Assembly: GCA_026396705.1 (NCBI GenBank)
Contig: JAPLWE010000064.1
Location: forward strand, 1 to 46,285
DNA length: 46,285 nucleotides
From: Candidatus Gribaldobacteria bacterium
GTDB lineage: Bacteria > Patescibacteriota > Minisyncoccia > Minisyncoccales > CG1-02-41-26
Reading direction: 5' to 3'
The translations under genes were made by a program, and so were the position numbers. Positions within the stretch are counted from its first letter, which is position 1. Each line of letters begins with the position of its first letter. Below are positions 17,892-26,345 of the stretch, one piece after another. The notes under the pieces were generated by a model. It was not told where the DNA came from, searched no databases, and saw only the letters and a list, made by a program, of their open reading frames with translations.

Positions 17892-18434
17892 ATGGAAAAT
17901 AAAATTTCTTATAAACTTAAAAGGAGTAAAAGAGCAAAGCGAATGCGCCTTGCGGTATATTGTGATGGTAGTGTGGTAGTTACCAGCCCACTTGGGGTAG
18001 AACAACCAATTATTGAAAAGTTTATAACGCAAAAGTCGCAATGGGTTATTGGTAAATTGGAATATTTTAAGAGCATTTCAGTGCAGGCATTTGTAAAAGG
18101 CGGCAAAAGAGATTATAAAAAGCATAAAGAATTTGCTTTGGCTTTAGCGCAGAGGAGGATTGAGTATTTTAATAAAGTTTACGGTTTTGAATTTAACAAA
18201 ATAAATATTAAAAACCAGAAAACCCGCTGGGGGAGTTGTTCGCGAAAAGGCAATTTGAATTTTAACTACAAAATTGTTTTGCTTTCGGAGCGATTGGCCG
18301 ATTATATTATTTGCCATGAGTTATGCCACTTAAAAGAGTTTAACCACTCGCAAAAATTTTGGAATCTGCTGGCCAAAGCCGTGCCGGATTATTTGGATAT
18401 AAGAAAAGAATTAAAGAAAAGTAGAATAAATTAA
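17892..18434 (+). CDS. M48/YgjP-like (DUF45) zinc metalloprotease
   Basis: KTRWGSCS..G.LNFN, DYIICHELCHL...NHS..FW; canonical position downstream of hsdR. Confidence 0.9.
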   Translation: MENKISYKLKRSKRAKRMRLAVYCDGSVVVTSPLGVEQPIIEKFITQKSQWVIGKLEYFKSISVQAFVKGGKRDYKKHKEFALALAQRRIEYFNKVYGFEFNKINIKNQKTRWGSCSRKGNLNFNYKIVLLSERLADYIICHELCHLKEFNHSQKFWNLLAKAVPDYLDIRKELKKSRIN

Positions 18435-18435
18435 C

Positions 18436-18478
18436 AAACCCCCTCAATATTGCTAAAGTTTAGAATGAGAGGGGGTTT
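18436..18478. terminator. Terminator hairpin between convergent genes
   Basis: AAACCCCCTC...GAGGGGGTTT with inner CTAAA/TTTAG stem. Confidence 0.65.
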
Positions 18479-18505
18479 TAATTATTCTATTTTTTCGCAT
18501 CTTGC

Positions 18506-18730
18506 CTATTTCTTTCTGAAAATAATTCTCCCTCGGGTTAGATCATAAGGAGAAAGCTCAACCGTAACGATATCACCCGCTAATACTCTAATGTCATTTA
18601 TTCTCATTTTACCGGACAGATAGACCAGCGGCTTGAGACCACTGTCTAACTCTACTTCAAACATGCCTCTGGAGAGTGTTTTAATCACTTTGGCTTGCGC
18701 CTCTACTTTTTTCTGTGCTGGCATAGCCAT
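18506..18730 (-). CDS. infA: Translation initiation factor IF-1 (divergent, stand-alone copy)
   Basis: MFEVELD.G....YLSGKMR...IRVL.GD.VTVELSPYDLTRGRI; strong SD AGGAGGTG. Confidence 0.92.
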   Translation of the reverse strand: MAMPAQKKVEAQAKVIKTLSRGMFEVELDSGLKPLVYLSGKMRINDIRVLAGDIVTVELSPYDLTRGRIIFRKK

Positions 18731-18865
18731 GCACCTCCTTTTTAGAAAAAGCGAAAAGATAGAAATAATCTCTAATTTGAATATAGCACGGCTGATGTAA
18801 TCATCTCAATGGACAATTAAAGCAAAGTGCTTTATTATTGAGTAAACTTTTCAGACAAAAATTAT

Positions 18866-19999
18866 ATGGATATCAAAATAGATGAACTCGGCCCGCAATA
18901 TCTTTTAGAAGTAAATGACCCGAAAATAAAAATGAAGGGTTTTTTGGTTATTGATAATTTAGCTTTTGGCCCGGGCAAGGGCGGTATTAGAATGACTCCT
19001 AATGTTACTTTGGAAGAAGTTTCTCGCTTGGCTCGCGCCATGACCTTAAAAAACGCTTTGGTGGGCTTGCCTTTTGGCGGGGCTAAAGCGGGCATTGTTT
19101 GGCCGGGTGGCAGTGATGACTTAAAAAAACAATTTGTGCAAAGCTTTGCCAAAGCGATTAAACCATTGGCGCCGCAAAAATATATTGCTGGTCCCGATGT
19201 TAATACCGGAGAAAAAGAAATGAGCTGGTTTGTTGAAGCCACTGGCATTTGGAAGTCAGCCACGGGTAAGCCAGCTAATTTATGTTCTCCCAAAAATAAA
19301 TCGCAAGAAAAAAAATGCGGCTTGCCACACGAGTTAGGCAGCACTGGCTTTGGCGTGGCTCAAGCCGCCAAAACAGCTTTGGAAATGGCCAGCATAAATA
19401 TCAAAAATGCCACCGTAGCTATTCATGGCTTTGGCAATGTAGGCTCGTTTACTTATCAATTTTTAACAGAAATGGGCGCTAAGGTTGTTTTAATTGCTGA
19501 TAAAAGCGGAGTTATTTTTTCGGAAAATGGTTTTGCCAATAAAATAATGGAAAAAATGATTCAAGAGAAAAAAGAAGTTTGCCATTGCTCTGGGGATATT
19601 AAAAAATTGTCAGATAATGATTTTTGGAAAATTCCAGTTGATGTGTTGATTCCCGCTTCAGTAACCGATGTGATTAATCAAAGCAACCAAGGCCAAATTA
19701 AAGCCAAAGTAATTGTTGAGGCCGCCAACATTCCCATGAAAGAAGATATTGAGCATTTACTTTTCCAAAGAGGTATTTTAATTGTGCCCGACATTGTGGC
19801 CAACGCGGGCGGAGTAATTTCATCATACGCTGAATATCGGGGCTATCAGCCCAAAAGAATGTTTGACATTGTAGAGAAAAAAATTAAACAAATCGTGGAA
19901 ACTGTTTTGAAAGAGTCCTTAAAAAGTGGCGAAAACCCTCGCCATATCGCTTTGCGTTTAGCTAAAAAAAGAGTTTTAGAAAAAATGCGAAATAATTAG
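18866..19999 (+). CDS. Glu/Leu/Phe/Val dehydrogenase (glutamate dehydrogenase-like)
   Basis: GPGKGGIR, LARAMTLK, LPFGGAKAG, ATGKP, TGFGV, HGFGNVG, EAAN, PDIVANAGGV. Confidence 0.93.
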   Translation: MDIKIDELGPQYLLEVNDPKIKMKGFLVIDNLAFGPGKGGIRMTPNVTLEEVSRLARAMTLKNALVGLPFGGAKAGIVWPGGSDDLKKQFVQSFAKAIKPLAPQKYIAGPDVNTGEKEMSWFVEATGIWKSATGKPANLCSPKNKSQEKKCGLPHELGSTGFGVAQAAKTALEMASINIKNATVAIHGFGNVGSFTYQFLTEMGAKVVLIADKSGVIFSENGFANKIMEKMIQEKKEVCHCSGDIKKLSDNDFWKIPVDVLIPASVTDVINQSNQGQIKAKVIVEAANIPMKEDIEHLLFQRGILIVPDIVANAGGVISSYAEYRGYQPKRMFDIVEKKIKQIVETVLKESLKSGENPRHIALRLAKKRVLEKMRNN

Positions 20000-20104
20000 A
20001 CAAAACTTGATTTTTTGATTATTTAGGTTTAGGGTAGGGCTGAATTTGTAAAATAGCTTCATTAACAAAAGTAGTCTGATGGATTACAAAAGAGAGGATG
20101 TAAA

Positions 20105-20755
20105 ATGAATAATATATTGGCAGTTTTGTTTGATGCTGATGGCACTCTTATAGATTCGCGGGAGTGGGCATTGAAGTATTATTTTTTAGTGGCTAAAGAG
20201 TTGGGATTGCCAGAGGTAACGCATGAAGAATTTTTGGCTGTTTGGGCGATTCCTTGGAAACAATTACTCAATGCGCTCTGGCCGGGGGTTGATGTGGCAG
20301 CTTTTAACAAAGCCTGCGAGAAGTATGATCAAGGGCAATCCATTCCAGCGATAGCGGGTGCGAAAAAGGTTTTATACGAATTAAAGAAAAAAGAGAATTT
20401 TCTTTCTTTGATCAGCAACCGACGCCGCAGTTCTTTGGCAGAAAAAATGAGCGAGGTTGGTATGCCGTTTAACCTTTTTGATTATGTCCAAGCGGTAGAC
20501 GACTTTCCATTCTGTAAGCCAAACCCCCATGTTTTTGACCCCGTCTTATTTCTTCTGTCGGAGAGGGACATTCCAAGGTCAGAAGTAGTTTTTGTGGGTG
20601 ACACTCTGTCTGATTTAGAAGCCGCCAGAGGAGCTGATATAAAATTTATCGGCGTTCTAACTGGCGGAGCAACCAAACAGCAGTTTGTAACTGCTGGTCT
20701 TGACGAGGCATTCATTTTGGAATCTGTTAGGGATCTTCCAAAATTTTTAACATAA
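20105..20755 (+). CDS. HAD-family hydrolase (phosphoglycolate phosphatase-like)
   Basis: FDADGTLIDS, ISN, KPNP, VGDT.SD; SD-like GAGAGGA upstream. Confidence 0.9.
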   Translation: MNNILAVLFDADGTLIDSREWALKYYFLVAKELGLPEVTHEEFLAVWAIPWKQLLNALWPGVDVAAFNKACEKYDQGQSIPAIAGAKKVLYELKKKENFLSLISNRRRSSLAEKMSEVGMPFNLFDYVQAVDDFPFCKPNPHVFDPVLFLLSERDIPRSEVVFVGDTLSDLEAARGADIKFIGVLTGGATKQQFVTAGLDEAFILESVRDLPKFLT

Positions 20756-20771
20756 AAATTTGTCAGAGCAT

Positions 20772-20808
20772 AAAGCGGCAGAAACAAAAAGGAGGTCTGC
20801 TGCTTTTT
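20772..20808 (+). terminator. Intrinsic terminator
   Basis: AAAGCGGCAGA...TCTGCTGCTTTTTT. Confidence 0.65.
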
Positions 20809-20838
20809 TAATAGTTTAATTTTTGATAGGATAGAGTA

Positions 20839-20970
20839 ATGACAAAAAAATATCACAAAATTTCCACTTTTCATTTTTCGGGTCATCCGTTTTTTTTCTG
20901 GTTTGATTGGGTTTTAATTATTATTTCCGGAGTTTGGTTCAGGCAAGGGCTTGATATGGCGCACTCATGA
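20839..20970 (+). pseudogene. Truncated homolog of the 5' end of the P1B-ATPase gene
   Basis: First 30 codons (MTKKYHKISTFHFSGHPFFFWFDWVLIIIS) match 21918-22007 at 74/90 nt and 25/30 aa; similarity then ends and the frame stops at 20968-20970. Confidence 0.85.
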
Positions 20971-21823
20971 GAACTTAAAGAATGGCCTCTTCCACGAAGC
21001 TGGAGAATTAACTCAAGCAAATGTTCCTCGAGATGAAGAAGAGGAAAACGGAAATGTCAAAGAGCTTTTGATTGAAGATGCGCCAACTCCTGAAGAGCTC
21101 CAGCAAATTGAAGAGGAAATTGAAAAGGGAGAAGTGGCTCCTGACTTTTCTTTATTGCTGGAGGAAATGGAAAAAATAGTTGATGAGCAAATAATACCAG
21201 AGCCACCAAAAGAGATTTTGGAAGAACTGGATATAGATGCAGAGGAGGATATTATGGTTACAGAAAAGATAGCAAATGGGAGAGAGATTTGGTTGCAATT
21301 TAGCGACAGAAGCCGAGGGCGTCTTGAAGCTACTGGTATTACAGATATTGATCAGTTTTTGGAACTGGTCAAAAGTGGCGACGAGGGGATTACAAAGATT
21401 AGAGATGCCGTCAGCACGAATAAGAAAGTGGGGCGGTCATTTGAGGGAATGAATATTGTTTTGAAAAAATATGAGTTGCCACTTTTGCCTATCCGGAAAG
21501 GGCTCCATATTATCAGGAAAAAAGAAAGAAGTGCGCTGTTGGCCGAACAACCAGTTGAGTTAGTTAAGCCAGCAGAAATTTTTAGAGAAGTTGTAGTCGA
21601 CAATATTCCGACAGAGACAATTAATCCGACAGACATTTCATCGGCAATAATTGAAAAAGTTAGCTCACAGATTTTGGGGAGTCTTGGGCTAAAAACTGGA
21701 TTGGTCCAGCAAGTAAACAGAATTATAGTTCTTTTAGGTGAAGAAAAAGCGCTCGCTTGGCTAAAATCTCAAATTGATATCCTTGAGATTTTAGCTAGTA
21801 TTTCTGAGGCAAAAAATAAATGA
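20951..21823 (+). CDS. Hypothetical acidic protein with a possible RNAP alpha-CTD-like domain; start uncertain
   Basis: 290-aa ORF with TTG start, Glu-rich N-terminal third, and LQFSDRSRGRLEATGITDIDQFL...ITKIR..VGRSFEGMNIVLKKYEL segment. Confidence 0.6.
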   Translation: MIWRTHENLKNGLFHEAGELTQANVPRDEEEENGNVKELLIEDAPTPEELQQIEEEIEKGEVAPDFSLLLEEMEKIVDEQIIPEPPKEILEELDIDAEEDIMVTEKIANGREIWLQFSDRSRGRLEATGITDIDQFLELVKSGDEGITKIRDAVSTNKKVGRSFEGMNIVLKKYELPLLPIRKGLHIIRKKERSALLAEQPVELVKPAEIFREVVVDNIPTETINPTDISSAIIEKVSSQILGSLGLKTGLVQQVNRIIVLLGEEKALAWLKSQIDILEILASISEAKNK

Positions 21824-21835
21824 GCTTTATAAACT

Positions 21836-21865
21836 AAAGGAGGAAGTCAGCGCGCTTCCTCCTTT
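21836..21865 (+). terminator. Intrinsic terminator
   Basis: AAAGGAGGAAG-TCAGCGCG-CTTCCTCCTTT followed by a T-rich tail. Confidence 0.75.
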
Positions 21866-21917
21866 GTCTTTGGTTTTATGCCTTGTGAGTTAGGGCAAGA
21901 AAAGTTAAAATAAAATA

Positions 21918-23798
21918 ATGACAAAAAGATATCATAAAATTTCTACTTTTCATTTTGCTGGCCATCCATTTTATTTTTGGTTTGACTTAATTTTGATTAT
22001 CATTTCGGTGGTTGTGCTTATTGCGGATTTTTTTGGCATTGATTATCTTGGCCAGCTTAATACGATTATTTTAATGGTGTTGGCGGTAGCGGGATTTTTG
22101 CCGGTGGCCATTAGCGCGCTTAAATCTTTATGGCATCGCCACCTTACCATTGATCTTTTGGCTGGCTTAGCTTTGGCTATGGCGTTTTTAAGCCGTCAGT
22201 GGCATTCGGCGGTGTTTATTTGTTTAATGTTAGCGTCGGCTCGTTTGCTTTTTCGCTTTACTGAAGGTCGAGCTAGAGCGGCCATACAAAGTTTATTTAA
22301 GTTGCGTCCAGAAACTGTGCATATCAAAACAGACTGTGGCATTATTAAAAAATCAATCAAAGATATTAAGCTGGGTGATTTGGTGGTGGTTGATGCGGGC
22401 GAGCGGGTGGCGGTTGACGGCGAGGTGGTTTCGGGCCAGGCCTCTTTGGATCAGTCCTCGCTTACTGGCGAATCAGAGCCAGTGCTCAAAGCGGTTGGTG
22501 ATTTAGTTTTTAGTTCAACTTTGAACGCAGCTGGTTCTATTATTGTTAAGGCTACTAAAATTGGAGCGGATACCACTTTTGCTAAAATCGTTAAACTGGT
22601 AGAGGCATCGCACGAAGCCAAGGCGCCCATTTCATCAATGGCCGATAAGTTTACCAGTTATTATATATTATTAACTTTTGTGGCGGCTATTTTAATTTAT
22701 GCATTTAGTCATAACTTGTTGTTGGTGCTTTCTATTCTGCTGGTTACTTGCGCTGATGATTTGGCAGTGGCTATTCCTTTAGCTTTTATGGCGTCTATGA
22801 CCGCCGCGGCCAAGCGGGGCATTATTATTAAAGGGGCAAATTATCTGGAAGGCTTTGCTAAAATTAAAACAATTGTTTTTGATAAAACTGGCACTTTAAC
22901 CAAGGGCAAACACAAGGCGCAAAAAGTTGTGGTGTTTAATGGCCAAACAGAAAATGAATTTTTGGCTATTTTAGCTGGATTAATGGATGAGTCTAACCAT
23001 CCCATGGCGCAGGCGGCTTATCGTTTCGCGCAAGAAAAAAATGTGAAGCCGTTAAATTTAGACGATGTCCACGAAGAGTCTGGGCTGGGTGTGAGAGGTG
23101 TTTTGCATGGCCAGACAGTTTGGGCGGGCAACTTGAAATTTTTACAAAACAATGGCGTTGAATTTTCAACTGACGAGCAAACGGCTTTTGAGCAAGAAAA
23201 ATTATTGGGTCGCAGTTTGATTGTGGTTGGCATGGACCACAAAGCCATTGGCTTTATCTCGTTGGCTGATGTGGTTAAAAAAGAGGCTATTCATGTTGTT
23301 GAAGAGCTCAAGAAGCTGGGTGTGGAAAAAATTTTTATGCTCACGGGCGATAATGAAACAGTAGCAACTAGCGTGGCTAAAGAAATTGGTATTAAAGATT
23401 TTCGGGCTGGGCTTTTGCCCCAAGACAAGGTTGATTTTTTGAAAGGCCTGCTTAACGAAAAAGATAAAACAGCTATGGTGGGCGATGGGGTTAATGATGC
23501 GGCCGCTTTGGCTATCGCTGATATTGGCGTAGCTATGGGGGCGGTGGGCTCGGATGTGGCCTTGGAAACGGCTGACATTGCCTTGATGAAAGATAATCTA
23601 CGCAACTTGGTTGATATTATTAAACTAGGCCGGCGCTCTTTGCAAGTGGTGCGTCAAAATTTTATTTTGTGGGGGGTAATTAATTGCTTGGGTTTATTGC
23701 TGGTGGCAGTGGGCGTTTTGGGTCCCAGCGGGGCGGCTGCTTATAATTTTTTAACTGATTTTGCGCCTTTACTTAATTCATTGAGATTGTTTAGGTAA
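21918..23798 (+). CDS. P1B-type cation-translocating ATPase without N-terminal metal-binding domain
   Basis: TGES, DKTGT, HP, MLTGDN, GDGVNDA. The intramembrane motif reads TCADD instead of CPC. Confidence 0.92.
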   Translation: MTKRYHKISTFHFAGHPFYFWFDLILIIISVVVLIADFFGIDYLGQLNTIILMVLAVAGFLPVAISALKSLWHRHLTIDLLAGLALAMAFLSRQWHSAVFICLMLASARLLFRFTEGRARAAIQSLFKLRPETVHIKTDCGIIKKSIKDIKLGDLVVVDAGERVAVDGEVVSGQASLDQSSLTGESEPVLKAVGDLVFSSTLNAAGSIIVKATKIGADTTFAKIVKLVEASHEAKAPISSMADKFTSYYILLTFVAAILIYAFSHNLLLVLSILLVTCADDLAVAIPLAFMASMTAAAKRGIIIKGANYLEGFAKIKTIVFDKTGTLTKGKHKAQKVVVFNGQTENEFLAILAGLMDESNHPMAQAAYRFAQEKNVKPLNLDDVHEESGLGVRGVLHGQTVWAGNLKFLQNNGVEFSTDEQTAFEQEKLLGRSLIVVGMDHKAIGFISLADVVKKEAIHVVEELKKLGVEKIFMLTGDNETVATSVAKEIGIKDFRAGLLPQDKVDFLKGLLNEKDKTAMVGDGVNDAAALAIADIGVAMGAVGSDVALETADIALMKDNLRNLVDIIKLGRRSLQVVRQNFILWGVINCLGLLLVAVGVLGPSGAAAYNFLTDFAPLLNSLRLFR

Positions 23799-23847
23799 AC
23801 TCGCTGAACATTGACAAGCTGGCTTAAATGGGTTTATATAAGAATAT

Positions 23848-24603
23848 ATGAAGGGATCAGAGCCAATTTTTATTAATAAAAGTTCAACGGTGGGCATTTT
23901 AATGTTGCATGGTTTCACTAGCACGCCTTGTCAGTTTAAGGAGATGGCCGAATTTTTGTCGGATAAAGGTTTTACAGTATACGCGCCTTTGCTGGCTGGG
24001 CATGGCACCTCACCCAAGGATTTAATGAACACTACGCCTGATGACTGGACAAACTCGGTGATGGACGCTTATTTATTGCTCAAGCAAAAAGTAGAGAAAG
24101 TAGTGGTGGTGGGTAATTCTTTTGGGGGTAATTTAGCTTTTTGGTTGGCTCAAAAAACTGCCGATGATTTAGCTGGAATTATTTCTTTTGGCTTGCCTAT
24201 ATTTTTGAATTTTCAGTGGTTTATTATGATGAGATATTATCTCTATGGCCGTTTCAAAACATATTATCACAAGCCTCCTTGGGCTTGTCAAAATGACAAA
24301 ATTAAAGAGGTCAATGAAGTGCTTTATGAGGATATTCCTATTAAGAGTTTGAAATATTTTTTGGATTTTATCAAAAACGAAACGATCCCTAATTTATCTA
24401 AAGTTAAATCGCCAATTTTGATCAATCACGCCAAGGCCGACCCACTCGCTCTCCCTAAAAGCGCCAGATATATTTATAAACATATTGGCTCTGATGTTAA
24501 AGAGCTCTATTGGCTCAATAGTCGTCGCCATACAACCATTAACGATAAAGTTAGAGATGAGTTTTTTGCTAAAATTTATCAATTTATAAAAAAAATTATA
24601 TGA
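23848..24603 (+). CDS. Alpha/beta-hydrolase carboxylesterase / monoacylglycerol lipase-like
   Basis: LHGFT, PLLAGHG, nucleophile elbow GNSFGG, D (ADPL) and H (RRHT); TTGACA at 23811. Confidence 0.88.
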   Translation: MKGSEPIFINKSSTVGILMLHGFTSTPCQFKEMAEFLSDKGFTVYAPLLAGHGTSPKDLMNTTPDDWTNSVMDAYLLLKQKVEKVVVVGNSFGGNLAFWLAQKTADDLAGIISFGLPIFLNFQWFIMMRYYLYGRFKTYYHKPPWACQNDKIKEVNEVLYEDIPIKSLKYFLDFIKNETIPNLSKVKSPILINHAKADPLALPKSARYIYKHIGSDVKELYWLNSRRHTTINDKVRDEFFAKIYQFIKKII

Positions 24604-26336
24604 TAGCCAAAACTATTCCTGAGGCATTTTTAGAATCAGCTGAAAAGTTTGGCCGCAAAACCGCTCTTCTGTATAAGCGAGATGGTGTTTATTTCCCTAT
24701 TACTTATAGCCAAATGGCTGAAAAAGTAAAAACTTTGGCTGTGGGCTTGAGCAAATTTGGTGTGCAAAAGGGTGATAAAGTAGCTATTTTAAGCGAAAAC
24801 AGGCCAGAATGGGCTATCGCTGATTTGGCCACTATGCTTTTAGGGGGCATTGTGATTCCTTTGCATATTACATTTAGCCCGCAAGCTATCAGTAAAATTA
24901 TTGAGCACTCGCAAGCTAAGATTGTTATTGTGGCTAATAACAATTTATTGAACAAAATTTTACTTAGCCAAAACAGTTTGCCATATCTTGAAAAAATAGT
25001 GCTCTTGGAAAGAGTAGCTGTTGAAGCAGGAGCTTGGCAAGACCGCATTTTTTATTGGGAGTGGCTACTTACTCATAATGATAGCAACCTTTGTAGCAAG
25101 ACACTTTTGCGACCCGATGATGTTTGCAGCATTGTTTATACCTCTGGCACCACTGGCGAGCCCAAGGGCGTGATGCTTACCCATAATAATTTTTTAAGCA
25201 ACAGCGTCGCTGTGACCGAAGTTGTCGCGGTTAAACCCAGCGACATTTTTTTATCTTTTTTGCCGTTGTCGCATGTTTTAGAACGCTTGGCAGGCTATTA
25301 TGCTCCGCTTTTAAGCGGGGCAACCATTGCTTACGCTGAAAACATTAAGCAATTATCAGCCAATCTTAAAGAAATTAAGCCTACTTTTTTAATTTCAGTG
25401 CCACGCATTTTTGAGAAAATGTATGAAACAATTTGGGAGAAAGCTAAAACTTCTGAACTGAAAAAGAAAATTTTTCTTTGGGCATTAAAGCAAGGCAAAA
25501 AAGGCATTAGGCATTATTTAGCCGACCAGCTTGTTTTCAAAAAAATTAGAAAGCAATTGGGCGGGCGATTGCGTTTGACAGTTTCGGGTGGCGCGGCGCT
25601 TAATGAAAAAATTGCCCGCTTCTTCTTAAAAATGGGCCTAACCGTGCTTGAAGGTTATGGCTTAACTGAAACATCGCCGGTGGTGGCGGTTAATCACGAA
25701 AAAGATTTTAAGATTGGGGCGGTTGGTAAAATTGTTCCGCAGGTTGAAGTTAAAATTAGTTCTACTAAAGAAATTTTAGTGAAAGGGCCAAATGTATTCA
25801 AGGGTTATTACAAAAATCAAGAAGAAACCCAGCTGGCCTTTGATGAAAATGGTTGGTTCAAAACCGGCGACTTGGGCTTTTTGGATAAAGATGGTTTTTT
25901 GACTATTATCGGTCGGCGTAAAGAAATGCTTGTTACCTCGGGTGGCAAAAATGTCTGGCCTGAAGCCGTAGAAAGCGAATTAAGCAAAGACCGCTTTATT
26001 GCCAGCTCAATAGTGCTGGGCAACAATCATAAATTTATTGGCGCTTTAATTACGCCTGATTGGCAAAAAGTTGAGCAGTTTTTCAAGGAAAACAATTTAC
26101 CCTTGCAACCACCCGAGCAATTAGTTAATAGTAAAGTATTAATTGACCTTTTTCAACAGCGCTTAGATGAAAAAGTTAATCCCAATCTTTCCGAATATGA
26201 AAAAATTCGCGCATTTAAGTTGTTGCCCCGGGATTTTTCTCAAGAACAAGGCGAGCTTACCCCTACTCTTAAACTGCGTCGCCATGTTATTGAACAGCAC
26301 TATCATATTGAAATTGCCGACCTCTTTGGCGAGTAA
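24600..26336 (+). CDS. Long-chain fatty acid--CoA ligase
   Basis: YTSGTTGEPKG, FLPLSH, EGYGLTETSP, GWFKTGDLG, GRRKE, ELTPTLK; ATGA-coupled to the esterase. Confidence 0.93.
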   Translation: MIAKTIPEAFLESAEKFGRKTALLYKRDGVYFPITYSQMAEKVKTLAVGLSKFGVQKGDKVAILSENRPEWAIADLATMLLGGIVIPLHITFSPQAISKIIEHSQAKIVIVANNNLLNKILLSQNSLPYLEKIVLLERVAVEAGAWQDRIFYWEWLLTHNDSNLCSKTLLRPDDVCSIVYTSGTTGEPKGVMLTHNNFLSNSVAVTEVVAVKPSDIFLSFLPLSHVLERLAGYYAPLLSGATIAYAENIKQLSANLKEIKPTFLISVPRIFEKMYETIWEKAKTSELKKKIFLWALKQGKKGIRHYLADQLVFKKIRKQLGGRLRLTVSGGAALNEKIARFFLKMGLTVLEGYGLTETSPVVAVNHEKDFKIGAVGKIVPQVEVKISSTKEILVKGPNVFKGYYKNQEETQLAFDENGWFKTGDLGFLDKDGFLTIIGRRKEMLVTSGGKNVWPEAVESELSKDRFIASSIVLGNNHKFIGALITPDWQKVEQFFKENNLPLQPPEQLVNSKVLIDLFQQRLDEKVNPNLSEYEKIRAFKLLPRDFSQEQGELTPTLKLRRHVIEQHYHIEIADLFGE

Positions 26337-26345
26337 AAAACTTTT

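Noticed and set aside
20056..20068. boxA-like antitermination motif GCTTCATTAACAA upstream of the HAD gene (weaker analogue near 30800 on the minus strand)
   Set aside because: Short, AT-rich and mismatched to GCTCTTTAACAA; cannot be told from chance without a genome-wide count.
20839..22007. attL/attR of an integrative element or IS target duplication
   Set aside because: The copies are only 82% identical with mostly synonymous differences, and no integrase, transposase or terminal inverted repeat is present. Kept only as a recombination scar.
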